A stretch of DNA of 64,000 nucleotides from Amoebidium appalachense (GCA_963693365.1 CAVNZM010000009.1:3288231-3352230), one strand, 5' to 3'. Counted from the stretch's first letter, positions 1 through 45,957 are shown. Made by a program: numbers and translations. The notes: generated from the letters alone by a model not told the origin.

Positions 1-2
1 AG

Positions 3-30752
<30,750 letters not shown>

Positions 30753-30768
30753 CCTAGATTTCTCTCTC

Positions 30769-30802
<34 letters not shown>

Positions 30803-30808
30803 CCCCCC

Positions 30809-30839
<31 letters not shown>

Positions 30840-30865
30840 ACACTACCGTCACCACCACACACACA

Positions 30866-30966
<101 letters not shown>

Positions 30967-31852
30967 CCACATCCACACACACACACCACCACCCCGCCCC
31001 TCCCCCCCCCCCCCCCCCCCCCATCTATCACTAATTATCTGCCACTAACTCTCTCTATTTATGTTACTTATGAGTTGTTTATGTCCTTCTAGAACCGTGA
31101 TTATGTAGGGGATCACGGATATTAGGCCGGACCACGCTATCCAGAATATATATACCTGTGCTGATGTGCCCAGGGGTAATAGGGGATATAGATACCTAAG
31201 AAGATACTGTTTAGATATATTTAACGGTGTGAACGATAGGGTGATGTAAAAGCTAAAAATGGATATATAATGTATTTTGCAAGTCGGTGAGCATATAATG
31301 TGCTATCTAGGTTGACAAACATATAATGTATAGTGAGAACAGACTTGTGTGTGGATAGTTCATATCCCGTGGGGTGCAAATAGTCGAATGATAATCGTTA
31401 TTTCGGGTTCAGTTTGTCCGGTTATTAGAGTTGGCTCTCTGGGGCTGGTACCCACCCAAAGGCTGGCAGCACGGAAAATCAGTAATAAAACGGTAAAAAT
31501 GGTGATTCCTCAGCGAGTACGTCTATTGGGATTCAAGTGGTTACCTATTTACACCGTCTCATAATCTACAACGGGCACATGCCTGGAAACACATTTACAC
31601 AGAGACGGACAGACAGACAGCCACACACACGCGCACACACGCACATACACAAAACGTGTCTTTGTGTTTGTGCCAGTGTGCATGCGCGTTTGTCTTCAAA
31701 CACAAACACAGAGAGTAAGGGAAAGAGGGAGAGAGCGAGAGGGAGGGAGGGTGAGGGGAGAGAACCTGAAGGGGGGGGCCGGGCGGGGGGAGGGGAGGGG
31801 GGGGGGAAGGGGGGGGGACAGAGAGAGAGAGATAAGGGGGGGAGGGGGGGGG

Positions 31853-31885
<33 letters not shown>

Positions 31886-32652
31886 TAGGGGGGGGCAGGA
31901 TGGGGAGTGGGGGGGAGGGGGGAAACAGGCAGGGTAGTCCAAATGTCCACGTGAATGGTATGGCTTAGATATGGTAAGACCGCCATAGTAGCCCAACTTA
32001 GGTTTGGCCAGTGGAGTTTTCAACTCGGCTTTTTATTGGCTCCCGGGAGTACGGCCTCGTGATCATACCTTGCGGACCTCGCACTGGTAACGGCATCTCG
32101 ATTGCGTAACACCAGACAAAGCCCAACCTCTAGATGTAGAACATAAAGGGAGGGGGGGAGGGGGGGGGGATTATAGCTGGGCAGTTACAAATTTAACCTG
32201 CATTCATATTTATTAGATGAAAGACTGCGGATGAAAAGGAAAAATCCAGGCCGTAGCCAATTTTGGCTACTTGGCTTTTACTATCAGTAGATTGTGATAT
32301 TATAAATAATAAAAAAATGACCGGCATGAAGAATGCACATATCCTTAATTAATGATGCTTCTGTGATTATTGGATAAAAAATTAAGAATTAATTTTTAAA
32401 TATAGTTGAATAGAAGAGACCGGCATCACTGAGCGGAATATCATCATTCGAATTTTGTAGCCTAGCCTCAATAATTATAAAACTGATATTAGGCTAGAGT
32501 ATTCAGTTTAAGAGTCAAATTACTTCCCTGTCGTATTACAGGTATGTATTCCGACGTAAGGCCTATCTGAAAACAGAAATTTCTAAGAGCGTAACAGTAT
32601 TGACATTCAAAACATAAATGTAGCAGAACCTTGAAATCACACAATTTACAAT

Positions 32653-34015
32653 TTACGCCAATCCCGTTCCTCCCGCGGCCGTTTTATTCCCCTCCATGTC
32701 CATGTCCTCCCCGGGCAAAACCATCTTTACGTAATCGGTAGGGGCCGGGGCTCTCCTCTTTAATGTCGTAATTCGGAGATTTCCCATTTGAATTCTCGCT
32801 GGGCTAACCCCAGAACCCATGCCCACGGCTCCGTGAAGCGCCGCAGGGCTCAAACTATGAAACGGGCCCTGAACCATGCCCATACTAGGTACATTCATTA
32901 CCATATTTGGGTGGATCAGATCCATCGACATTCCGATCGGGCTCTGCACGTTGACGTAAGGCACGGCGCGGTGGGGAGAGGGCATACCCGCGGGCCGGAA
33001 CATCCCCGGAAATGTCGTGGGACGCGTGCGTACAGTACCTCGTAGAATGTGTGCGTTGTCCGAACTCATACTACGTTGCAACAATTGATGTCCGTGACGC
33101 ATAGGAACTGGAATCGCCGAGTGAGCGGCGAGCGTAGGTGTGTTTGGAAGGGAATTTGGCGAAAGCGGGCCGAGTCCAGAGGGAGATGTGGATGACCAAT
33201 CCATGTTTTCAAGATTGAAGGTAACAGACGATGCGGAAACAGAACGCGTGAGTGGGCCTGGGCCCATATTCGGACTGTGCAAAATGCCTGCGGCGGGGGC
33301 GGGGGAAAGTTGAGGGAGAAGCGAAGAACGCATAGCTTTGCTTCTGTGCATGGATGGGTAGGCCTCAGAATCGCTCATGCTTCCATCGCCGGACGATGGC
33401 GGGCGGGGCGGCGGCGCGGCGTATGTCTGTTCAAGTGCTTCGATTTCGCTTTTGTCGCGGTCGTGGTAGAGCTCGGAGGCGCGGGCCATCGGATTGGCTA
33501 ATACCTTGAGGTGGGTAATTTTTTTGTTGTGGTATGATGTTGCCGTAATGAAGGAGCATATCTGCAGGGGGAATCGCATCACATCACGCGGTTGCGAAAA
33601 AATCGCACTGTTGGGATCCCCCTGAACGGGAACAATGTACAGGACGGGAAGGTACATCTTGAACGATTCGAGAAACACTGCGTCGGTAGACCCCGGTGAA
33701 TTTGAAATCCGGATTTTGGAAAAGTTGAGGCCGTCTTCGCTCATCAGCGCCTTTCCTGAGCATGGGCTTGATGGTAGGGTGTACATTTGCTTGGGTTTTC
33801 CGGCAGAGTTGGGGGAGGACTGTCCGTCACTGCCCGATGTGCTTGCTTTCTCTGTGGAAGGAGAATGGGTGTGAGAACCATGCAGTTTGTCCACTCGGGA
33901 GGGGAGGGGGGGGGATGGGAGGGGATAGACTTCGTGATTCAATCAACCACAAGGTACTTTGATTGGTCAATGTACTATATTGGGAGATTCTTTTCTTTTC
34001 TTTTCTTTTTTTCTT

Positions 34016-34054
<39 letters not shown>

Positions 34055-34701
34055 CGCTTACTATTTGGGCGCTTTCTGTGGGTCTGCCAGCCGGTGGTGT
34101 CCGTCCACCTCCAGTACGTCCCCTCGTCGTCTGTCGACTGAAAATGCACCCACACCATATAATTCTCATCCGGTTCAAGCCCCGTTACTGCGAGTTGGAT
34201 GGTAGGGAAAAGGTGTCTACCCTTGGACGACGTAATCATTTCGTTCGTCTCTGCGTAGAAGTGGGACCATAGTTTCTCGTTTTTGATTGTAACGTTTACT
34301 TGTGACATTGTGTTTTCGTTTGTTTGCGAGATAACACTAGGGAATTGTTGGTGCTGGTCGTGTGCATTGTCGGTTGGCGAGGAAGGAGCGCCGTTTTGTG
34401 GCATGGGTTGCACGTTGTATCTTGGTGCGATGGGTGTGCACGTGACGAACGGCGGATATGAAGGGGCATGGATCATTGGTGTTGGTGCCTCAAAAGCTGA
34501 AAAGTTTGGGAGGCTTGTGCATCTGTTGAAAGGAAGGAGAATATTTTTTAGTTTGACAATACAAAAAGAATGATTATCCCGTTGACTGCGTTCCACCCAG
34601 TAGTCCCCCCCACCCCCCTGCCCCCGGCCCCTGCCCCTACCCAAATCCCATTACACACACGCACGCACGCACACACCCGCACACACACACACCCGCACAC
34701 C

Positions 34702-34735
<34 letters not shown>

Positions 34736-36129
34736 GGTTATCTTCAATTGTGTCCACCACCCAAAAAAAAAAGGTCTTGACTGCGGAGGCACATAAGATT
34801 CATGAATATATAGAGGCACTTACTCAAGCGATGGTGTTGGCTGAAAGTCATCCAATGCCATCATATCGTTAGTGAGCATTGGTGAGCTCATGAACCCATC
34901 GAGCAATGATGATTGGTCGAAAATAGGCGCGGGGCCAACGGCGGCTTCCGTCATATTCCATTGGGAAAGCGGCGTACCCATCATGCCTGAGAGGGGATCA
35001 TCCTCTGCGAGACTGGCGATGATTTGTGCAATGTCATCGTCCTGTTTCGCAAAACTCGTCAGGATCGTACAATGATAGAATTTGAGGTGATGGTAGCTTT
35101 TGTGGAAGCATAAAATGCACCGTGCATCCTTTTACATGACACTGTTTCTTTCTTTCTTTTTTTCCTGTTCTTTTTTGGTTGTAACGTAGACACAGTTATA
35201 ATCAAGCACCAATAGAAATAGCATGTCAGAGCAACCACACACCCTTTGTCGCACACGCTGCCATCAATGGTAGTGTGCGAAAAATATGTTCATGCACACA
35301 GTACGTACGTCCATGCACACAGTACATTCATGCGCACAGTACATTTGTCATTCACGATCATGCACACAGTACATTCACGATCATGCACACAGTACGCCCA
35401 TGCACACAGTACATACCGCCTTTGCGTTCATCAGTGCCATCATGACCTCGTCCTTCTCCTGGTCGCTGATATTCGTCCCAATCGCTTCGCCCACCTCATC
35501 GACATTGTTTTGCATCAGCTCACGCGCTAACTGCAAGAGGATAACGGTAGGAAAACGTGAGCCATGTGTTCGTGCGAGTTACAAAATAGGGGTTTGCAGT
35601 TGTTCTAAACCACTCTACTTTTCATTTTCTAGATAAGACATTTCTTTGGACCCCATATTGCTGGAGCGACCCAGTCTGTCCGAGAATTGTGCAAATCAAG
35701 ACGAGAGTGTTAAGACGAAACAGAACCAAAAGAAATGTAATTCTCACGGGGAGCTGCAAAATGGTATGGACGAATTTTTCTGCATTAACCGTGTTGTTCG
35801 ATGGCGTGTGTCTAATATCTGGGCCGTTGCCATCTATTTTTCTGATGCGGCATGCCTACCTAAACAACATTCTTATTGTGTGTCTTTTGGGGTCATTTTT
35901 GATTTCAACGAAGAAACTCAGGCACAGTACGTACAAGCACCCTCCAAAACTTTCCTAGTCTCCACCCACAAATTCACAAAGAAATACTCAAACTTTGTTC
36001 ACACAGCATTATTTTTCTCACCTGCAGAATGTCTAACGCTGATGGGGAGTCTGCAAGCGTCATTTCTGTGGCTGTGCCGTGAGACCACGGGTTGTCCACT
36101 CGGTCAGGCATTGTCGAAGCAACAAGCAT
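32653..36129 (-). CDS. Divergent T-box transcription factor, 5 exons
   Basis: Exons 36129-36022, 35530-35417, 35041-34824, 34522-34062, 33893-32653 (last acceptor is a weak GAG, position uncertain). T-box motifs: LWSHFYAETNEMITSSKGRHLFP, GLEPDENY, LNFSKIRISN, SFITATSYHNKKITHLKVLANPMA. Pro/Ser/Met-rich tail. Confidence 0.9.
35288..35412. repeat. catgcacacagtac tandem array (about 6 copies) in T-box intron 2
   Basis: Directly visible, with variable spacers; abuts the donor at 35416. Confidence 0.85.
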
Positions 36130-38678
36130 GCTTGGGGTGTATAAGGAGTGTATCTTAAAAAAAATAATAGAAAAAACCCCTAATATCGATGTAAAGCGAC
36201 TCTCTCTTTGGACTCTCTTTTTGGATTTTTTCAGGAACGAATGATTAAATATATATGAAGAAGAATAGAAAGTAAAACTGCTAAGTGTAGCGAATTGCTA
36301 GCAGGCTATGCTTTAGTTTGGGCTGTGGTCAGGAGTAGAGCTCGACTATGACCCGTGCGTTTCGGGTTCTGGCACTTCGATCGTCATGTGCACTACCTGC
36401 GTGTCCAGCAAACAACTAAAACCTAACAACCCACTAGACTGATGCATGCACCGTAAGTGGTCATCTATTTCATCAACCTAAATATTGTAGCAAGGCACGT
36501 TGCAGTTCCCGAATGGCCAGAAATTCATGAAACTTTGAAATCGCCCGTTTTTACTGTCCGCTGGCGATGGTCAGATCTACTACATAATCCAAGTGCGATT
36601 GATTGGACAAGCATCGCTGCTTCTAGATCGTTAATCATCGTTTACAGTGCGAGGGCGAGACTAGATTGGATAGATAGGCACCAAAGTAGTCTCCCGATAC
36701 TCAAAGGCTCATATGGGATGGGGCTGATGGCGCCTTTTACAAAGTACGTAAAGCCTGAGGCAATAATCTAACCGCATTTTGCCATACTCATCGCCTAAAT
36801 AGATTACCTTTATCTTCTAAAAATTCAACAAAAAACATAATATATATAGCCAAATACTACATGCAAAAACGAAGTACTTCAATAAATATATGAAGGCGAG
36901 GATTCACACCCTCAACATAGACTCCAATGAAAGTATATGGGGACCTGCCAAAATGTTGAAGCAATCCTCAGCGATTGGTCGGGACTCGGTAAGGCTCCGG
37001 GCAAAAGAGCACTAAAATGTAAATAACATAGAGATACTTCGGTACAAAGGTTCTTTTTTCGGATTAATAAATGAGGTTTTATAAAGGTACGTTTCACGAT
37101 TGTGAAGATGCTTATGGTGATGGTATGTCCAAACTTTCGGCAAACTTTTGTTGTGAAGTTTAGCTACACGAGCCAGGCGACAGCGATTGGCCGACAAGAG
37201 AAGCCAATCAGGGGCTGGTGCAAAAAAAATCAACATTCCACTCCAGGCATTGATGCGATGAGTGAAAAAAATAAACAAATGCGAAAACATAAGCAATATA
37301 GCAAAGCTCTGTATCGTTCTGTGTGCATGAAGAGAAACGTTTATGAGATATGTATATGTAACAGGGAGTAGGCTCAATCTGAAGATTTAAGCAAGAGTTC
37401 GGTATATATACTGCAGGTAACTTGTGACATGAGCGCACGTACGCGTACCGTATGCATATATGTATCGGGAGGCTGCAGTGGAACTTTGGGGCACGGCAGG
37501 GCCGCCTCAGGGGCCGGCCCCATTGACCAATGACCATACATGGGCTTACTGTAGTTTTTCTTCCATTCCTTCGATGATTGCCCCAAGTCCCCATTGTGCA
37601 CTCTGGCAGATGGCCTTTCCGGCTACGAAAATGTTTCAAGACAAAGTACTTCTGACGTGATCATCAGTAAACACTTTGAGGGCGTAAGAATATATATAGC
37701 TCTTGTCCAACAACAATGGTATGGACCAAACAAACATATGTGAAACTGTTTCGGAACATGTATTTTGGTCGATAGTTTGCATTACTAAATGATCATGATG
37801 ATATCACAGATGGGCGTGCACCATGCATGGCATATAGGCCCATGATCACGGATGATGTCTATTTCACAGTCGCCATCCCGAGTCGGCTGTGCATGTTATC
37901 TGGTGACGGCGGGCCGAATTCAAAGCAGCCTCAAATAGTAAACTTATCAACCCATTTCACGTATATAGGGTATATAACCAGGCTAGCTACTGTAAGAATA
38001 CAACAATAGTGCTGAAAGGCCGCCACAAAATCACATGTATGTTTCATCGATAGGCTGTGTTGCCAATGGACCAAAAGCAGAGCCTGCGACACGTGCACAT
38101 GTGAACTTCCGAGATTCTTCAACTGAAATTTTCAAACCACGCCATGCCGCATGCGCCAAGCAGGAAGGACCAACCACGCACAACCGTTTGGCGCGTACGG
38201 TCTCCGACATATTCAGAGGTCCAAAAATGATCAAAACTTCTGTGACTTTCACGTGCTCACACGTACCGTTTCCACGCACATGGTAGATCACGTGTGGATG
38301 TCGTTATCGATGTTGTTGCCGTTGAAGTTCAGACGGTCATTACATAGTGTTCAACTCAGCCCTCTCAGGCCTCCTGTGGTATCCCATGTACAACAGTGTC
38401 ACAGCTGTAGGGTCATTCAGGATTTAATTAATAATATGTACTGAATATTATTGATTACAGTAATATGTAAGTCACTTACAAGATCTAGAATTTTACTGCT
38501 GAGCCTCCAGACCGTTTTGATTCTTTGTGGCTAGGGGAAAATCAGCTGATAACAAGAGCCCTGGATGGGGGCCCTCCCGGGGTGGGGTGGGGGGGGGGGG
38601 GGGGGGGGTCCCAGTTGGGGGGCGGGGGGGGGGAGGGGGGAGGGGGGGGAAGGGGGGGGGGGGGGGGGAGGGGGGAGA

Positions 38679-38722
<44 letters not shown>

Positions 38723-39677
38723 CTCAGGGGAAGGGGGGCGCTCGGGTGGGGAGGGGGAGGACACTCCCTGTGCAGACTCCCGCGCCCCGTGAAACCCCTG
38801 TGCACCACCTAAAAAAAAAAAAAAAAAATCAAGGGCTGCGTGTAATACCATGTACACAGCATTTTCTTTGTGGCTTGTTGAGCTCGCTGAGGCCAAAAAA
38901 ACAAACCAGTGGCACAGATCTGTCCTAGTAAATTGCTATAATATCCCGGAATCCCGGCCTAATAGTACTAAATTCATTGAAATGGGTCATCATGTAAATT
39001 TTTTGTGTGTGCATGTGACTATGCCATAAACTTTGTAGAAATTCTGAACACATGATTCCCACATTTTCAACTCGCCACTAGCCATAAAAGGCTTTGGGGG
39101 GGGGGGGGGGGGGGGGGGGAGCGGAGGGGGGGAGTCGGGGGGGGGGGGAATTCGAAGGGATCAACTTTGCAGGACAGATTCGTGTGCACGTACATCATGA
39201 AGTGTGATTGTGTGTGCTGTGGTTATCATAGTGTTTTTGTTGTTTTTGGGATCATCCTTAATTTCGAACTTCGTGACGGCCGGGTTCAACAGGCTAGGGC
39301 CGTATGTTCATCTCCCCCCAAACTCCCCTCGCCCCCGGGCCCCTGTCCCCCGCATCCCCCCCCCCCCCCCCCCCCCCCCTCTTGCACTCGTCCTGAGTCG
39401 CCGCCCCACCGTGCGCGCATACACACGCACACATTTTCACGAGCATTTAATTCAAACGTACCTGCACACACATGTACCTCGCAGGTACACGAGGTGCACA
39501 AACTTTGACCAACGATGAGCACTCTCCATTCCCGTGAGTGCAAGTACACAAACCCACACCGCATACTAGTACACATACATTTCCAGACACACACACAATC
39601 ACACGAACACTGCACGGTCAGCAAGATAACAAATCCCCCCAATAATTTATAATGTAGAATTAGTTGGCAGCGGTGCA

Positions 39678-39804
<127 letters not shown>

Positions 39805-40212
39805 AACGGTTTGTGTGTGCGCGCGGTGCGCCTTGTGTGTGTGCGCACACACACACGCACACACCGGCGTGTGTGCACGTGCATTAATATCATGATGATG
39901 AATGACTTGTGTAAATGAACAGGGCGACTCAGAGGGAAGTGATGGGGCTGGGACGGGGGGGGGGGGGGAGGGGGGGGAGGGGGATTTGAGAGGGGCGGGA
40001 ATTGCGGGGGCCAGGGGGGGGGGGGGGGGTCGTTAGAAAATGTTATCATATCTCCGAGCCGATTGGTAGTACACTGTTTGCCGCGGGCAACACAAAGAAA
40101 ACCATGCAAAGAACACACAAAGAGTCTCGCATCCCTGGCAGAAGAAGAGCACCAGCACGAAGAGATGGGAAGTGTGTGCACGCGCGTGCCCGCTGCGTGT
40201 GTGTGTACGTGT

Positions 40213-40280
<68 letters not shown>

Positions 40281-40553
40281 TGCGTGTGGTGCGTGTGGTG
40301 TGTGTGTGGAGGGGGTGGAGGGGGGGTGGGGGGGGGGGGTGGGGGGTGGGAGGGAAGGGGGATATGCATCAGCAGCCAAAACGGAAGCAATTTCTCCAAA
40401 AAAAAAAGAACAGAAAAAAAAAGGTAACGAAAACAGTCTTATTTGGTGAGTGGAAAAGAGACTCTGGTAATGATCACGCGCATGCGCGGGGGGAAGGAGG
40501 GGAAAAGGGCCCCGGATCGCTGGAGACTCGAGGGAGTCGAGGGGGGAGGGGGG

Positions 40554-40588
<35 letters not shown>

Positions 40589-40886
40589 CTGAACGGGGGG
40601 GGGACCCACCACCCCACTGCCCAGGTCGGTCCCTCCCCCCCCTCCCCCCCCCCCCCCCCCCCCCCGCGCCCCTCCCCCTGGGGGCCACCCACCCCTGCGG
40701 CTACATTGTGTGTGTGTGTGTTGGGGGGGGGGGGGGGGGAAGGGGGTACCAATATGGGCGTCCAAAGTCGATATTTACTACCCCCCCCCCCCCCCCCCCT
40801 CAATTGAATTTCAAAAATCCCTTTGCCAGTGACGGTGTGTGTGTGCCAGGTGACACACGGTGTTTGTGTGTGGCGGCGTGTGCGTG

Positions 40887-41009
<123 letters not shown>

Positions 41010-41072
41010 CACTGTGTGTATATGTGCGGAATGTATGCGCATGTGCGCGCGTGCGTGTGTGAAGGTACACGT

Positions 41073-41149
<77 letters not shown>

Positions 41150-42049
41150 GCGTGCGCATGTGCCTGCCACGGTGTGAGTATGGTGTCTTCCGCTATGCGC
41201 TTCAAATTAAAAACCAGCCAAAGCCAACTGTTACATTAATCAACCAATCACAATGACAGGAACTCCCGAAGCCTTCGAATGATATCATTTCAACTGAACT
41301 TCTTCCAAAAACAGCGCAAAATACTCCAGTACAATTCCAACCAAGCACCGAAAAAAGGCAAATGGTACGCTCGTTGCGTACATATGTGTGTACATGTGAG
41401 ATTTTGGGTTCAATTTAGTTTCCACATACTGCACGCATATACCGTGTCCATGCCCACTGCCAAGCCACAAGTAAGTGTGCATATCATTACTACAAACCGC
41501 CTCAGTGTCATGCAGTGTATGCGCCCTTGCGGCTGGCGCGCGAATGTACGCCCACTCCCCCCCCGCCCCCCTCTCCCTCCCCCCTTCCCCTCCCCCCCCG
41601 TCCCCTTCCCTCCCCTCTTCCCCCCTCTCCTCCCCTCTCTCCCCCCGACCAGCTCCCCGCACGTCTCACCCACCCTTTTCCCCCTGCCCAAAAGGGAGGG
41701 GAAAAAAGCCTCTTATCGCATCATATTTAGGAAAAGCCGGGCTAAACGAGACAGGAGGGAGAGGAAGCCTTTTTTTTTCCCCCCTTTTTTTCTTTTTTCT
41801 TTTTTCTTTTTTTTTTTTGTGTGTGTGTGTGTGTGGGTGGGTGGTGGTGGTGGTGGTGGTGGGGGGGGGGAGGGGGAGGGGGAGGGGGGGGGGGGGAGGG
41901 GGGGGGATGGGATGATAGTAACATAAGAAATTGTTTGTAATGGCCAAAGCGGCCGGCAAATCCCGGGTAGCCAAAACCATACGTCCGACTTACCTGGTTT
42001 AATTTTTAAACGTGAGTATCGTCTGCACACTATGTATCAATCTTAATTC

Positions 42050-42116
42050 CACTGAGTTTTGTACTTTGTGATGCCACAGTTTCATCACTGAGTTTTGTAC
42101 TTTGTGATGCCACAGT
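42050..42116. repeat. Direct duplication of cactgagttttgtactttgtgatgccacagt
   Basis: Two adjacent identical copies. Confidence 0.9.
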
Positions 42117-43227
42117 CGTGATCACGAAAGTTTAACAAAGAACAACTGGGCCTAGCATTAATAAGGGCAAACAAGCATTCATAATAGCCTTAGTATTACT
42201 ACGTCCATATTAGGATATAATTTTTTACCCCTCAACCTGGATCCCGCAAATATATATCTATGGCGTGACATGGCATCTGCCTACCACGCCATACTAATAA
42301 TCATATTCGGGGGTAACCGGAGTACTAGGGGGGTGGGGCTAGATAATGATTCCTTATTCCCCCCCCCCCCCCTTCCCCCCCCCCCCCCCCCCCTCCCCAC
42401 CCCCCCCCACACACACACAGTAAAAAAAATCCGAAAATGCTTATGTTAATGTGTGTGTGTGTGTGTGTGTTCGAACTGGGACAGTTTATAAGTGAATGCA
42501 ACCAGGGCGGTGACAGTGGTGCTAGCAATCATTATGTATATCCTCCTTGCTAGCCAGCAAAACATTGTTACTGACATCTCACCCCTTGTTCTGTGCGAAT
42601 CCCCCCCCCCCCCCCCCCCCCTCCCCCCCCTCCCCCCGGTGTTCTCAAAGGGGGTTTCTTGTAGCCTGCCAAATTTATGGGGCCTTCCGAGTAAAGCAGG
42701 TGCGCGCCACGCCAATCAAATCGCAGAGAGCTGTTCGAGTCTGAGCCGACCCGGAAACCTACAAGAAATACCCTATATCCACCAGATTTTGTGGGTTCTA
42801 TTATCTTAATGTTTGAATTTTTGAAAGATTGAGAAAAGACATTTTATCTTAAATTCGAACTTTCTTAACATCAGTCACCCACTGTGACAACGTGCAGTGC
42901 ACACAACAATCACTTTGTGTGGGCCGGATGATGTGGGCGTCACCCACATTATGCGTGTGTGCCATCGGCTAGTGTTAACCTGAACCATATAATCATTATG
43001 CGAGTGTCTAGGTGACATGCACCGTGGAACACAATCACACTACTGTAGTTATGTTTTTGATAAGGCTGATGTAGTTCGGCCGGTGGCATCATGGCATATT
43101 ATGCTCGGCCACAAGGCGTGCCCACTTATGTGTGTGAGTGTGCCACGTGAGTGTGTCTGTCTCTCTCTCCCTCTCTCTCTCTCTCTCCCCCCCCCCCCCC
43201 CCTCTCTCTCTCTGTGTGTGTGTGTGC

Positions 43228-43258
<31 letters not shown>

Positions 43259-43279
43259 CCAGTGTGTGTGTGTGTGACA

Positions 43280-43369
<90 letters not shown>

Positions 43370-43657
43370 TTGTGTGTGTGTGTGTGTTTGTGTGTGTGTG
43401 TAAGGCCCACCCATATTGGCCGAGTCAACATGCTCCGATCAGCTTCAACTTGAGCAGAATTACATTTTCGCAAATTTTAAAGCAGAATTATTCTGCTAAA
43501 CCAGAATTGTTCAGCGAAAGCAGAGTAATTTGCAAAAGCAGTTATATCCTGCCAAAAGCAGAATTTTCCTTCAGACAGCAGAATTAAACAGCTAAAAGCA
43601 GAATTATAGATCTTCCAATTGCAAGTGACTGCCGATTTGGTTGGCCCCTGTGTGTGT

Positions 43658-43688
<31 letters not shown>

Positions 43689-44361
43689 GGGGGGGGGGAG
43701 GGGGCACGGTGTGTGCGTGTGAGTGAGTGAGTGAGTAAGTGAGTGAGTGAGTGAGTGAGTGAGTGAGTGTGCGTGTGTGTGTGTGTGTGTGTCACGGTGT
43801 GTGTGTGTGTGTGCGCGGCGTGTGTGTGTGTGCGTGTGTCACGGTGTGAGTGTCACAGTGGCAGACTGGTTTAAAAAGACTGGGTGAAATATTCTGGTGA
43901 CCTGTGAGTACGTCCAGCTGTAGAAGTTTTTGAAGAATTAACGCACGGTTAACGTTGTAGTTAGATTTGTAAGTTGTGAGGAGAGTCGACCGGATTTTGC
44001 AACTAGCCTCACGGTCGAATGACGAATCTGGCGGGGTGCCCGATATGTACATACCTCTTACTTAGGGGCATTTGCAAAAAATGTGCATAACATCCAATCA
44101 GATTGCTCAGTAGTTTCAAGTAATTTGATTGGCTTTCGTTCCATTCAGCTAAAAATAACTTATCTTAGCCTACAAACAACTTGAACGGAAAATGAAAGGG
44201 GTGGGCAGGATATTTTAAGTGATTAGTCCCAGGAAGATCTACTAGTGAAGATCTCGAGGAGGGAGGAGGGGAAGGATGCATTCATCTGGTGATCTTAGTT
44301 TTTTTTTTTTTTTTTTTTTTTTTTTTGGGGGGGGGGGGGGGGGAGGAGGTGGGAGATAAGG

Positions 44362-44392
<31 letters not shown>

Positions 44393-44628
44393 TTGGATCC
44401 GGGGCTGGCCATGGTGAGGGGTGGGGTAGGGTGGGGTGGGGTGGGGGGGTACGGACCGCTGGCAAAAAAAAAAAAAAAAGGCAGGGAAAGATAGAGGAAG
44501 TTGGATGGGCTCATGAGAGCTCCGTGGACGTCGACTCGAGCTCGAACAATATTCGCCACTCTGCATAACTGTTAAAACTAGAACTAGAGTGGATGATGAA
44601 TATTATCTTAAGTCACGGTGTGTGTGTG

Positions 44629-44669
<41 letters not shown>

Positions 44670-44679
44670 GGTGTGTGTT

Positions 44680-44725
<46 letters not shown>

Positions 44726-44765
44726 GGTGTGTGTTGGTGTGTGTGTGTGTGTGTGAGTGTGTGTT

Positions 44766-44816
<51 letters not shown>

Positions 44817-45225
44817 ATCCTCGATCATGAACAACACATTCCCGCTAATAACTTCTGGATTGCATTTCTTTAATTATATACTTGATCAATGAAATGCCAC
44901 GAACTTACAGTGACGGATGAATTCGATGCTGGCAGATTTCTTTTTTTTGGGCCTTTTTTTCATCAACCAAAATGCACGTGTTGCTCAATCACCTATACAC
45001 GGCCTACGGCTGCACCACATGAATAACAAACTACTTCTTATGAAACTTTTATATATAGCCGAGAACTGTCTGGGTACAGTATCGACTGCAGGAAGGAACA
45101 ACACTTTGTTTGCTCCCCTGGAGGTTGTTCCACCTAAGGGTAGTTCGTTCGTAGAACACCTATTAGTTTTTGCGTAAACCGGGACATTAGGCTTGGTTTG
45201 TTGGTTCTGTAGTGTCCGTGTGTGC

Positions 45226-45257
<32 letters not shown>

Positions 45258-45263
45258 CGCGAC

Positions 45264-45296
<33 letters not shown>

Positions 45297-45315
45297 ATTG
45301 TGTGTGCGCGACACT

Positions 45316-45410
<95 letters not shown>

Positions 45411-45609
45411 TGCGTGCGTGCGTGTGACATGCATATGTGTGTCACATGTGTACGTTTGTGTGTGCACATGCAATGTGGGTAGGTAGCCATGGGAGTACTA
45501 GTGTGCACACACGCAGGTCTGTGTGTGTAACGAAAGGGGGACACAGAGGAACACTACGGATTCAGAGCATCTTGCACGGATCTCATGTTTTAATATGGGG
45601 TCGGTCATC

Positions 45610-45640
<31 letters not shown>

Positions 45641-45920
45641 TCGGAGGAGCAGGATCGATTGAACCCCCCGGGGGGGGGGGGGGGGGGGGGGGGGGGGAGC
45701 AAGTGTTGTTTTTTCTAAGGGTAGCTCGTCCATAGGGTTGTTCCTTCCCAGGCGTGACTTTGTACGTGGATAGTGTACGTGGATACAATTTATTCATTTA
45801 AACCTTTCCGGCGGCATTGCAAAATAAAGCCTAGGAGTCATAAACATGTGATACTATATATAACAGGTTCGCGAGTCGTACACACTTCAACGATCTTTGA
45901 TTATCATACTGTAAAGGCTC

Positions 45921-45957
45921 TCAGTTGTGTGGATTGCGGCCCTCCCACACCCAGCAC
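45921..45957 (-). CDS. Duplicate terminal exon of the secreted peptide gene (CWVWEGRNPHN*)
   Basis: Preceded by a pyrimidine tract and TAG; same peptide as 46355-46319 with only synonymous differences. Confidence 0.55.

Noticed and set aside
36903-36911. TTCACACC T-box half-site upstream of the T-box gene
   Set aside because: A single imperfect short match, expected by chance.
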